A stretch of DNA of 32,000 nucleotides, taken from Pyrodictium abyssi (lineage in GTDB: Archaea > Thermoproteota > Thermoprotei_A > Sulfolobales > Pyrodictiaceae). The DNA is taken from positions 1,950,001 through 1,982,000 of the forward strand of contig NZ_AP028907.1 of NCBI RefSeq assembly GCF_036323395.1, read 5' to 3'. Shown here one piece after another: positions 23,643 through 32,000 of the stretch; position 1 is the first letter of the stretch; each line of letters opens with the position of its first letter. Made by a program: the position numbers and the translations under genes. Under the pieces are notes generated by a model. That model saw only the letters and a program-made list of their open reading frames with translations. It was not told the origin of the DNA and ran no database searches.

Positions 23643-23885
23643 TTACTTCTCCTCGAAGTGGATGATGCTCACAGGGCAGGCCTCGGAGGCGGAAGCTACA
23701 CAGTCCTTAAGGTCAGCGGGCACAAGGCCCTCGGCAGGGTTGTCGTCTACACGCCACTTAGACACTATCTGGGCCTTGCCATCCTCCTCGCTCATCTCGA
23801 AGACATCGGGACAAAGGCTTACACACACCATATCAGCTATGCACTGTTCACGGTCAATCCATACACGTATCTTAGCTTCGGCCAC
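23643..23885 (-). CDS. small mono-cluster ferredoxin
   Basis: 'IDREQCIADMVCVSLCPDVFEM' plus a distal 'ACP', 80 aa in total. This resembles single-cluster archaeal ferredoxins. Confidence 0.75.
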   Translation of the reverse strand: MAEAKIRVWIDREQCIADMVCVSLCPDVFEMSEEDGKAQIVSKWRVDDNPAEGLVPADLKDCVASASEACPVSIIHFEEK

Positions 23886-24015
23886 GAGCGTTCACCGTTT
23901 CCAGGGTGGTCACACAAGGGAGCTTTTAATGCTTATCCGGCCTCATTCAGCCAGTTATAGCAGCTAGGAGGACCTTGGAGTCCTCCATTTTGAAATGGTG
24001 TCGCATGGCGGCCTG

Positions 24016-24591
24016 CTAGCTAGTATCGCTACAAATGCCGGGACGAAGCACATACAATACACCATCATCTGCACTAACCTGGAGACCACAGTCCCTATGC
24101 ACGCAGTAGGCTACTAGGGCAGCTACAAGTGCGTCCATCTCGTGTCTAGACATGTCTGAAGGAGGGTGTAGGCCGAACAAGCTATACAACTCATGGTAGG
24201 TGCTGCACTTGCCTACTCTCAGCACGCTTGTTGGGTGGGTCTCGATAACGGTGATTCCATGCTTGTCTAAGACCTTGCGTAGCTCGTTAGCTCTCTCGGC
24301 TAGGCGCCTCATAGGCTCCATAGTTAATGGGAGTAGACGGCCACCAATGGATAGAAGCTTTCGCTCCACATGTCGAAAGCCGTGTCCTGGAGGAGGCAGT
24401 GATAATGGCGCGTCAATGGCAGCTACGGACACGTTGTGCTCGAGTAGGAGCTGAGTTATCTCGTCATCGTGATAAAGCTCTGAAACGGCGGCCAAGGATG
24501 GAAGTTCTCTAGACTCTAGGGCGCAGATTATGGCAACACCAGTAGGCTTCCTTGGCAATGCTGCTAAGTCTACTCCTGCAAAGCAGGGCAT
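24016..24591 (-). CDS. DUF429-like (RNase H-fold, predicted nuclease) protein
   Basis: 'FAGVDLAALPRKPTGVAII' and 'VAAIDAPLSLP...RHVERKL'. It overlaps the upstream DHH gene by 22 nt. Confidence 0.45.
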   Translation of the reverse strand: MPCFAGVDLAALPRKPTGVAIICALESRELPSLAAVSELYHDDEITQLLLEHNVSVAAIDAPLSLPPPGHGFRHVERKLLSIGGRLLPLTMEPMRRLAERANELRKVLDKHGITVIETHPTSVLRVGKCSTYHELYSLFGLHPPSDMSRHEMDALVAALVAYCVHRDCGLQVSADDGVLYVLRPGICSDTS

Positions 24592-25568
24592 CCTCCTAGC
24601 TCCTCCAGCGCGCGCTCGATAAGCTGTCTAGCGTAGTGCAGCCTTGCGCGTGGCCAGAAGAAGGCTAGAACCCGGTAGCGGAGAGGCATATTGAGAGGCG
24701 CGCCAGCAGCACGCGGGTGACCGCCACCGCCTAGCCTAGCAGCTATCTCCCTTACATTTACGCTACGGGAGCGCAGGCTTAGGCCGCGCCCCTTACGCCT
24801 AATGATTACCGCTACGTCGGCCGAATAGCGGTCCAGGAGGCTGTTACCCAGTATACTAGCGTTAGGCGGGCCAGGGCGTTTGAGCACAAACACTACACGG
24901 CAGCCACGTATGGTGGCGAGAACCACGTTCCTTAGGGCGTCGTTAAACCCGGTAAACTCTTTCTCGAGATACTCGTTGAGGGCCTCGTCTAGCTCAGGCC
25001 ACCAGAAGCTACCCTCCCAGAAGCCGCGTAGTATCGTGCGCTTCCACTTGTCCCCCTTGCCGCCACGATAACGGTCTACGACACGGTACAGCTTCGGGGC
25101 TAGAGGGTCGTCCCACTTCCATAGGTCGGCTGCACATGTGGCCTTCACTAGTCTTGCTATAAACTCGTCAGGTTCAGCGTCCAGCTCGCCCGGGGCATAC
25201 TTAGCAACAACACCAGCTCCGCATGTCGTGGTATCTATGTACATCTTTGCTCCCAGCGAGCGGAGCTTCTCCACCCACTCCGGCCTCCAGCGGTGATGAT
25301 CATACCATTCTACCGTGATGCCCCGCTGCCTTAGCTCGGTGATGGTCTCCACTATGCTATCGAATGTCCCGGTGTTAGGCCCTAGATCCATTATGGCTAC
25401 TCTCTCCACGTTGCCCACATCGGCTAGGACGCGGTGCAGCTTGTAGGGCTCCGCGAACATGATAGCTGCGTCTACGTCGGGCTCGGCGCCAGCGAGCCGC
25501 AGATATATGGCGGCAGCAGCTATACCGTCTAGATCAGTGTGTGTTACTACAGCATACCGGTGCGTCAA
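24570..25568 (-). CDS. DHH/DHHA1-family phosphoesterase (NrnA/RecJ-domain-like)
   Basis: 'VVTHTDLDGIAAAAIY' (motif I) and 'GGGHPRAAGA' (DHHA1 GGGH). Confidence 0.8.
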   Translation of the reverse strand: MTHRYAVVTHTDLDGIAAAAIYLRLAGAEPDVDAAIMFAEPYKLHRVLADVGNVERVAIMDLGPNTGTFDSIVETITELRQRGITVEWYDHHRWRPEWVEKLRSLGAKMYIDTTTCGAGVVAKYAPGELDAEPDEFIARLVKATCAADLWKWDDPLAPKLYRVVDRYRGGKGDKWKRTILRGFWEGSFWWPELDEALNEYLEKEFTGFNDALRNVVLATIRGCRVVFVLKRPGPPNASILGNSLLDRYSADVAVIIRRKGRGLSLRSRSVNVREIAARLGGGGHPRAAGAPLNMPLRYRVLAFFWPRARLHYARQLIERALEELGGCPALQE

Positions 25569-25882
25569 GCCCCTCTTACCCCAGCGCTGCAGTAGCCGCT
25601 AACCCGCTAGCACCCCTATAGGTGTTTAACCCGCGTAGACGCAGCCTGGAGCAGCACTGCCCCCGGAGGATTCCTGTTACAAGGGGAGGGGCCTCAGCGA
25701 CGCCGACCCAGCTCATAGCCCCAAGGCTGCAAGGAAAGGGGCTCACGCCGGTGTCTATCCTCACTGGCCCCTCTTGCCAGACTAGGCTAGGGAATCCCCG
25801 TGTCCTAATATAGTATCGATGTATACCAGAGAGGCCAGTGGGCCAGAGAGCCCCGTAAAAAGGGTGTGCAAGAGCCTTGACG

Positions 25883-26737
25883 ATGCTAGACGAGTCAAGG
25901 ATAGCAGCTGTAGCGTCCGTGCTGAGAAACATACCGGCCTCCGCGGTGGAGGTCATAGAGCTTAATGACCCGCAGTACGCGGCCATAAAGAAGCTCGTAG
26001 CCGTGCACGGAGACCGCGCTGTTGCGCTTGCAGTGGCCAACGCTTTGATAAGTTACCGGCTGAGCCTACCCGGCGAAAAATACTGGTTAGAGTTCGCCGA
26101 CTGGGGCTCACGCATACCTACACCGTCCGCCGGCAAGGAGCTAGTAGAAGCCATGAAGGCGTTCCTAGCAGAGAGCCGTGGCAACAGGATGGTGGTCCAG
26201 CAGAAGGCTCGAAGGCTAGAACGAGCGGCCCCGGTGCTCGAACGGGTACTTAGAGAGCCCGGGAGGTACAGAGACTTGGGCGTTCTGGTCAAAGAACTAG
26301 CTGGCGTGCTTGGCGCGCGCCCCGAGGAAAAGACAATAGTGTTTGCAGCGAAGATGGCCTACTATGCGTACAGGGCGCTAGGCCTAGAGGTGGCCGGCAA
26401 GAACGAAATCCCGGTGCCGCTGGATAGGCGGATGGCGTTGCTCACCTCGGCCTCGGGCATGATAAACTCTACGCCAGACAAGGTATTCACAAGGTACAGG
26501 CTTGACGCTGTCAGGGCATGGCAAAAGGTATCGCGTGAGTCCGGTATACCGGCACTACACCTGGATGCAGTAGTCTGGCTCCCAGCGCACGGTATAGAGA
26601 GGAACCTACGGAGAGGGCTTGAGTACGCACGCGACGAGTTTGCTCGTAGACTAGTAGGCTACAGTAAGGGCATCGTAGACTGGAACACGGCTAGGCAGGT
26701 AGCCGGCCAGATAATATACCGCGACCCATACTCCTAG
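25883..26737 (+). CDS. archaeal 8-oxoguanine DNA glycosylase/lyase (AGOG)
   Basis: 'NDPQYAAIKKLVAVHG...ANALISYRLSLPGEKYW' matches my recollection of the Pyrobaculum AGOG N-terminal region. ATG at 25883 is preferred over TTG at 25877. Confidence 0.75.
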   Translation: MLDESRIAAVASVLRNIPASAVEVIELNDPQYAAIKKLVAVHGDRAVALAVANALISYRLSLPGEKYWLEFADWGSRIPTPSAGKELVEAMKAFLAESRGNRMVVQQKARRLERAAPVLERVLREPGRYRDLGVLVKELAGVLGARPEEKTIVFAAKMAYYAYRALGLEVAGKNEIPVPLDRRMALLTSASGMINSTPDKVFTRYRLDAVRAWQKVSRESGIPALHLDAVVWLPAHGIERNLRRGLEYARDEFARRLVGYSKGIVDWNTARQVAGQIIYRDPYS

Positions 26738-28515
26738 CCCAGGCTCTCAATAGCTTCGGCCAGAATACTGTATACTTCCTCTAAACTCTCTGCCGCCCGG
26801 GTACTAGACACCCACACCATGTGTCGGGCAGCGCGCTCAACAGCGGAAAGTGCCCTGGCAAGGCTGCGGCAGTCTCGCGTGCTAGTCGTACCCAGCAGGC
26901 CAGCAGGTGCCGGAACTAGACCGCCTCGGACGGTGGCACGGAACACGTCTAGACCTCTTATCGCAGATAGTGCTCTCTCGCAGTCGCCCTTCTCAGCGGC
27001 GTCCCTCGCAGCCCGTAAGGTATCCAGGTCACGTAGATACAGCAATGGAAGCGCAGCATAACTCTCAAGCTCTACATCGCCAGAGTATTTCTCGCTATAG
27101 ATCGTAACCGGCAAAACGGCGTTTAACATACGGTACGCTCTGCCAAGGAGACGATAAAGGCCATGGCTCTCAGCAGCCTCTGTGACACGTTGTAGCTTAT
27201 AGAGGCTAGCCGCGAGTGGAGGGAACACGCGGAGACTATCATGTAGCTCCTTCACGTAATCACTGTAGCTAAACAGCCTCCAGCCCTTCTTCAGCAGCTC
27301 CATGCTGGCCTCAGCGTAGAGTCTCACAGCCAGCGCGAGAACCTCGTAGTCAAGCCTAGCAGGAGTATCCATATCTGTATGGTACAGTTCCAGCCAGGTG
27401 TCATACCCCATTATAGTCGCTGCTTCAAGCCCTATCGACGAGAAGCTAAAGCTGTCACTATCAGTTGTATCCGGCTCCACAGAGGCGAATTCGAGCCCCA
27501 GTCTGTCAGCAAGCCTTACCAGTATGCGTCTAAGCATAGGGGTCGAGTAAAGCGAAGCCCCATGGCCAGCGGCAATGTCGAAGTTCAGAACCGCTACAAC
27601 ATCATCTAGTAGGCCAGCAGCCCTGAGCATAGCAGCATACTCGCGCGAGCCGTAAGCCCAATACCACCCAGGTAGCCTAGGGTCACCAAACTCCTCTGCG
27701 GTAAAGCTGACCAGTCTAATACGACCGCTGGCTCCTGCCAGCGATTGTGCAAGCTTAGCTACAGCGAGGACAGCGGCTACACCAGATAGATTGTCATTAG
27801 CCCCGGAGAACCAGTGGTCGTGGTGAGCTGAGACTATTACCTCGTGGTCGCCACCTCCGAGCTCCAGTATGGCTTCCACAATGTAGCCATAGCTGCTCTC
27901 CATGCGCCCGCCATGAACGAGCCTGAGTCCTCTACACGACAATATATCGCGGGCATCCTCACGCCTAACATGTACTACGGGTATACCCGCGAGCCCGGTA
28001 GACTCTAGCGTAAATGGCGCGTCGGATACGACTATCCTTCGAAACCTCCCTGGAAGCCAGTCATAAAACACTATGCCAGCAGTCCCACGCCTCCGGGCCA
28101 CATTGTAGAAGACAAGAGCCCTATCCGGATCGCGAGGGAGCTCTGCAACAACGACTCTCCCTTCTACACTCCTCTTCCAGAGGTCATCAATACTATTGAT
28201 GACTACGGCTTCTCCTTCCACCTCGCTGCCAGCGTGGCCAGGCCAAGCGGCGGCGCGAACCTCGCGGCCACAAGCATGGACCAGGGACCCTTCGTCTACC
28301 CAGGCGTTTACAGGAAGCGGTATAAGCCTAGCATCAACACCAGACTCCTCCTCGAAGAGGCTCTTAATCTCCTTAGCGAGGAGGTACTCACTACGCGTGC
28401 CAGCCGGAGCCTCGCCGTACCGGGCGAGCCTTTCAACAAGAAGCCTTAATGTATCCGCTATGTTGCTTGTCGTAGACATGTGCCATGCGCCCCGCGTGGC
28501 ACAGAAGACTCGCAT
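26734..28515 (-). CDS. M28-family metallopeptidase with a long C-terminal extension
   Basis: 'VIVSAHHDHWFSGANDNLSGVAAVL' and 'RLVSFTAEEFG'. The alternative start is 'MSTTSNIAD' at ~28479. Confidence 0.75.
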   Translation of the reverse strand: MRVFCATRGAWHMSTTSNIADTLRLLVERLARYGEAPAGTRSEYLLAKEIKSLFEEESGVDARLIPLPVNAWVDEGSLVHACGREVRAAAWPGHAGSEVEGEAVVINSIDDLWKRSVEGRVVVAELPRDPDRALVFYNVARRRGTAGIVFYDWLPGRFRRIVVSDAPFTLESTGLAGIPVVHVRREDARDILSCRGLRLVHGGRMESSYGYIVEAILELGGGDHEVIVSAHHDHWFSGANDNLSGVAAVLAVAKLAQSLAGASGRIRLVSFTAEEFGDPRLPGWYWAYGSREYAAMLRAAGLLDDVVAVLNFDIAAGHGASLYSTPMLRRILVRLADRLGLEFASVEPDTTDSDSFSFSSIGLEAATIMGYDTWLELYHTDMDTPARLDYEVLALAVRLYAEASMELLKKGWRLFSYSDYVKELHDSLRVFPPLAASLYKLQRVTEAAESHGLYRLLGRAYRMLNAVLPVTIYSEKYSGDVELESYAALPLLYLRDLDTLRAARDAAEKGDCERALSAIRGLDVFRATVRGGLVPAPAGLLGTTSTRDCRSLARALSAVERAARHMVWVSSTRAAESLEEVYSILAEAIESLG

Positions 28516-28653
28516 GGTACGGGTTTGGTGTAGGGTTGTGGAAACCTAGGGTACGCGGCAAAAACGGTTACTAGGGGCTCATCTCTATGCGGCAGCTCCG
28601 AATCAAGAAACCCTGCTAGGGCAAAGGTAGCGCCTGGCAGTGCTGCGTCGGCT

Positions 28654-30477
28654 TTAGAGTGTAAGAGCGTAAGTAGGGTTTTGCTTCCTCTTTATCTTTA
28701 TTATCTCCTTGAGCACTACTTTCTCGTCGTCGCTCAGCTCGCTCTTATACTTGGTGAGCCACATTATTGCATGCTTCTCCGGTATGTCTGTATAGAGCAC
28801 GTCACCCTCGTCTATGTGCCTCCCTACTAGGACATGGCCGCGTATAGAGATGGCTACAGCCATGCCGGCTCTCGCCTCCTGTACAGTCTTCCCGCGGTCC
28901 TGGATCTGGTGGATAGTGCCTATCCTCTTGCCGTCCTCCCTCATAAGCGGGTATCCCGGCTTTATCACACCGCCGAGCACCTCTACACCCACTATTGCCG
29001 GGTTGCTGCGCCTGAACACGTAGCCGGGTATGATCCTTATCTTGCCTGGGCGTATCAGCTGCTCTAGCTCCTTCCTCTTCTCTGCTTCTATCTGCTCGCG
29101 GTACCACTTTTCGAAGTCCTCGAGCAGCTGGTAGATCACATTGTGCTGGAATATCTTGATCTCGTGCTTCTCTGCCTCGGCCTCAGCCTCTGGGAGAATC
29201 TTCACGTTGAAAGCCAGTATCACGGCATAGAACTTGTTGATCTCCTTGCTCGCGACAGCCTCTATCACGTCACGCTTAGCTACGGGGCCCACGTCGGCGT
29301 AGCGTATTGGTATGTTCTTCTGGCGTAGAGCCTCCACCAATGCCTCGAGGCTGCCTAGTGTGTCGGCCTTAACTACGACGCCTTCAGCGTCAGTCTTTAT
29401 ACGCAGTGCCTCTATCTCGCGCCGTACCTTCTCGGCTAGCTGCTTAGCCTCTTCCTCGCTTGTGGCGACGTATATCGGTGCACCGGCCACAGCGTTCTCA
29501 ATGCCCGGGGCTACTACACGTACACCGGCAGCTGCATAGACCTCGTCAACTGGCTCAAGCTCGCGCTTTGCTACGCGTATCTCCTGTAGAGGCTTCGGCA
29601 TTAGGAGGGCGCGTACACGTGTTATAACTGGCCCCTCAAGCCCACCAGTGACTATTAGGTCGCCGCGCCTCAGCACGCCATCGTATATTATGACGTCGGC
29701 GGCTGTTCCGAGGCCCGGCTGCTCGCGCAGCTCGAGTATAACGCCCCTTGCCGGTCCTTCGGCGAAGCGTAGCCTGTTCTGCAGATACCTCTGCGCGAGA
29801 CCAGCGAGCACGGCGAGGAGCTCGGCTATGCCCTCGCCCGTCTTAGCCGAGATAGGTATGACCGCTACTGTGCGGGTGAAGTCCTTTACACGGTCGAACC
29901 GGTCAGCCTGGAAGCCCACCTCGTAGAGCTTCGCTATCACGTTGTCCCATAGCCGTCTCTCCAGCTCTTCTTGTACCCACTGGGGCTGCTTGCGATGCGA
30001 TATAACGAATGGCGTGTTGGGGTTAGGCTTCCAGCCCGGTATCTTGTCAATCTTGTTAGCAGCTACTATGAATGGTACACGGCGCTGCTTGAGTATTTCT
30101 ATCGACTCGTAGGTCTGGGGCTGGAACCCCTCATTGATGTCCACAACGAGTATAGCGAAGTCTGCGACGCTCCCGCCACGGCGCCGGAGATTGGTAAAGA
30201 GTTCGTGGCCAGGCGTATCTATGAAGAGGAGCCCTGGTATTATCAGCTTGAAGGGAATAAGCTTCTTCAGGGGCTCGGCGAGCTTCTCTATGACGCTCGC
30301 CGGTACAACGCTGGCGCCGACATGCTGCGTGATAAGCCCGGGCTCCTTGGCTGTCACCGCTGTTCCTCTTATCCGGTCAAGGAGCGTGGTCTTGCCATGG
30401 TCCACGTGGCCTAGCACAACCACTATAGGCTGCCTTAGCCGCTTGCCTGTAGATTGTCCGCCGGCCGTGCCGGACAA
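28654..30477 (-). CDS. infB: translation initiation factor aIF5B (IF2 homologue)
   Basis: '[18 protein letters not shown]', 'IDTPGHE' and 'NKID'. Length 607 aa. Confidence 0.93.
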   Translation of the reverse strand: MSGTAGGQSTGKRLRQPIVVVLGHVDHGKTTLLDRIRGTAVTAKEPGLITQHVGASVVPASVIEKLAEPLKKLIPFKLIIPGLLFIDTPGHELFTNLRRRGGSVADFAILVVDINEGFQPQTYESIEILKQRRVPFIVAANKIDKIPGWKPNPNTPFVISHRKQPQWVQEELERRLWDNVIAKLYEVGFQADRFDRVKDFTRTVAVIPISAKTGEGIAELLAVLAGLAQRYLQNRLRFAEGPARGVILELREQPGLGTAADVIIYDGVLRRGDLIVTGGLEGPVITRVRALLMPKPLQEIRVAKRELEPVDEVYAAAGVRVVAPGIENAVAGAPIYVATSEEEAKQLAEKVRREIEALRIKTDAEGVVVKADTLGSLEALVEALRQKNIPIRYADVGPVAKRDVIEAVASKEINKFYAVILAFNVKILPEAEAEAEKHEIKIFQHNVIYQLLEDFEKWYREQIEAEKRKELEQLIRPGKIRIIPGYVFRRSNPAIVGVEVLGGVIKPGYPLMREDGKRIGTIHQIQDRGKTVQEARAGMAVAISIRGHVLVGRHIDEGDVLYTDIPEKHAIMWLTKYKSELSDDEKVVLKEIIKIKRKQNPTYALTL

Positions 30478-30626
30478 AGTGACGTCACCCGTGCTAGCAG
30501 CATGCAGCCACCCTACTATAACGTAATAGCCGCAATAGCTGTACGAGACTTCCCGGCCCGGGGGCCTACACTAGGCTCCTGCTCCAAGATACCAAATAAA
30601 GGGGTCCGGACTCCTCCACGCCGTGG

Positions 30627-30666
30627 CCCTCCGTTGAAGGAGGGATGCTGGGCCCGCAAAGGGCCC
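30627..30666 (+). promoter_or_regulatory. two tandem GC-rich stem-loops in the putative S6e leader
   Basis: CCCTCC-gttgaa-GGAGGG at 30627-30644. GGGCCC-gcaaa-GGGCCC at 30650-30666. The TATA-like 'aaataaa' at 30594-30600 lies upstream and GGAGGTG lies 8 nt before the GTG at 30698. Confidence 0.4.
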
Positions 30667-30697
30667 GGGGATGAACCTCCTGGAGGTGTAGGAGACG

Positions 30698-31351
30698 GTG
30701 CCCGAGTTCAAGATAGTAATATCGGACCCTGGAGCTAAGGCAGACTCCCCCGTGCTAAAGGTGAAGATCAAGGGCGACGAGAACATAGAGTATGGCGAGG
30801 AGGAGAAGAGCCAGCGCAAGCTACCAGTCTGCAAGGCCAATCCCAAGCTTATAGAAAAGCTGGGCGCGATACACAACATAATCACTGTGAGGATAAGGAA
30901 GGAGGAGAAGAAGATTAAGCACACTTGCAGGGTAGTGGCCGATGCAGAGGTGCCAGAGGACGAGGTACGCGTAAGCCTAGAATGGCTCGGTGACGCTGCT
31001 GGAGTGGAAGAGGCAGAGGGTGAGGTATTCCGCGCTAAGGCGTGGCAGATAGCGATAACAAGTCCTCAGGCAGACCAGCTGATAGGCCTAAAGATAGGCG
31101 ACACCTTCGACGGCGGGCTCGTAGGGCTCCCCGGCTACCAGCTAAAGATACGCGGCGGTAGCGACAGCAGCGGCTTCCCAATGCTTCCCTCAATACCCGG
31201 CCCAGTGAAGAAGCGAGTACTGCTATCCGGCCCACCGGGCTTCCATCCACGTGAGAAGGGCGAGAGGAGGAGGAAGACAGTACGCGGCAATACGATAACA
31301 CACGACATAGTCCAGATAAACACCGTAATAGTTTACCCAGAGAACAAGTAA
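30698..31351 (+). CDS. rps6e: 30S ribosomal protein S6e
   Basis: 'FKIVISDP', 'GLPGYQLKIRGGSDSSGFPM' and 'RRRKTVRGN'. Confidence 0.9.
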   Translation: MPEFKIVISDPGAKADSPVLKVKIKGDENIEYGEEEKSQRKLPVCKANPKLIEKLGAIHNIITVRIRKEEKKIKHTCRVVADAEVPEDEVRVSLEWLGDAAGVEEAEGEVFRAKAWQIAITSPQADQLIGLKIGDTFDGGLVGLPGYQLKIRGGSDSSGFPMLPSIPGPVKKRVLLSGPPGFHPREKGERRRKTVRGNTITHDIVQINTVIVYPENK

Positions 31352-31531
31352 AAGCCGCGCCAGAGCCGGGCAGCCTAGCACCAAAGGCTTGATGGATGGT
31401 TTTAGGTGGTCTCTACCTCTGCCTCCTCCTCTCCGGGCAATCAACTACAGCAGTGATACAAGCCTAGCCTTCTTTATTCCCTTAGCTCTAGGCACTAGGG
31501 GTGGGGTGCGTCAGTATTGGCGAAGTTCGAT

Positions 31532-32000
31532 ATGGATGAAATTGAAGCACAGCGGCAACGGCAGCCCGAGGTCAACATAGGTACTGCAGGACACGTAGAC
31601 CATGGCAAAACTACGCTGGTGCAGGCCCTTACCGGCGTCTGGACAGCAAAGCATAGCGAGGAGCTGAAGAGAGGCATGACTATAAAGCTTGGCTATGCCG
31701 AGGGCGAGGTATGGTACTGCGAGGGCGCCGAAGGGCCGGAAGCATACCAACCCTTCCCCGAGCTCTGCCCGGAGGGTACGGTGCCTAAGCTTCTCCGAAA
31801 GGTCTCCTACGTGGACGCGCCTGGACACGAGATACTAATGGCAACGATGCTTTCAGGAGCAGCGTTGATGGACGGCGCTCTCCTCGTCATAGCGGCCAAC
31901 GAGCGTTGTCCCCAGCCACAGACCTACGAGCACCTAATGGCTCTAGACATAGTAGGGGTTCACAACATAGTCCTGGTGCAGAACAAGGTTGATGTAGTAA
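31532..32000 (+). CDS. eif2g: translation initiation factor aIF2 gamma subunit (5' part; continues beyond the window)
   Basis: Hand translation from the ATG at 31532 gives '[38 protein letters not shown]...SYVDAPGHE...LVQNKVD'. It is not in the track because it runs off the window. Confidence 0.93.
   Translation, partial: MDEIEAQRQRQPEVNIGTAGHVDHGKTTLVQALTGVWTAKHSEELKRGMTIKLGYAEGEVWYCEGAEGPEAYQPFPELCPEGTVPKLLRKVSYVDAPGHEILMATMLSGAALMDGALLVIAANERCPQPQTYEHLMALDIVGVHNIVLVQNKVDVV

Noticed and set aside
25640-25680. 'GGAGCAGC' resembles the SRP RNA helix-8 motif
   Set aside because: There is no adjacent GNAR tetraloop hairpin or matching 5' strand on either strand.
25845-25880. 'GUAAAAAGGGUGUGCAAGAGCC' resembles the conserved RNase P RNA segment GUGAAAGGGUGCGGUAAGAGC
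   Set aside because: No other conserved RNase P regions (GGAAAGUCC, ACAGAA.CCGGCUUA) are nearby. The rest of the RNA would have to overlap the well-supported AGOG N-terminus.
25576-26040. ORF 25576..26040 (-, 154 aa)
   Set aside because: It is antisense to the AGOG 5' region and the intergenic spacer. The Ser/Ala/Thr-rich sequence has no motifs.
1-32000. CRISPR arrays, rRNA genes, IS elements with terminal inverted repeats, inteins in aIF5B
   Set aside because: I saw no regularly spaced direct repeats, no rRNA-like conserved segments and no transposase-like ORF. aIF5B is colinear with its normal length.

Overview
The window appears to come from a hyperthermophilic crenarchaeon. Gene content, frequent GTG/TTG starts and AGG/ATA-rich codon usage look Desulfurococcales-like (Aeropyrum/Hyperthermus type), but I cannot verify the taxon without a search.

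Positions ~11.2-32 kb are ordinary core chromosome. My spot counts on single 60-nt lines give roughly 48-56% GC. This part holds tRNA-Thr(GGU), a MetE-type methionine synthase, Trm1, a TFE-beta-like Fe-S winged-helix protein, TFB, Gar1, a PanE-like reductase, a NOL1/NOP2/Sun RNA m5C methyltransferase, a YjjX-type NTPase, S8e, DUF763, prolidase, a TIGR00725/LOG-like protein, short-form XPF, ferredoxin, DUF429, a DHH phosphoesterase, AGOG, an M28 peptidase, aIF5B, S6e and the 5' part of aIF2-gamma.

Positions 1-~9.2 kb are visibly more GC-rich (spot-counted lines range from 52% to 77%). They look like part of an integrated plasmid- or virus-like element lying on the 3' side of tRNA-Thr. This block contains:
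- an edge-truncated FtsK/HerA-superfamily (T4CP/DUF87-like) ATPase, which is missing from the ORF track
- small AbrB, RHH and wHTH regulators and many small orphan ORFs
- a ~650-bp repeat-rich non-coding region
- a tightly packed 12-gene minus-strand operon (9136 down to 4546)

The most interesting content sits in that operon. An HTH-fused tRNA-guanine-transglycosylase (TGT/DpdA-like) protein lies close to a stand-alone ArcS-type DUF5591 protein carrying the PC-x3-KPY motif, with Cys-rich small proteins between them. I interpret this as a candidate element-borne 7-deazaguanine nucleic-acid (possibly DNA) modification module.

Between the GC-rich block and the tRNA is a separate lower-GC cassette (three spot-counted lines at 45%, 47% and 55%). 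It encodes a Panacea(DUF4065)-like wHTH protein, a 3-TM coiled-coil membrane protein and an AbrB-domain protein, and is a candidate toxin-antitoxin or abortive-infection module.

No CRISPR array, rRNA gene or recognisable integrase or capsid gene is visible. All family assignments come from motif recognition by eye, not from searches.
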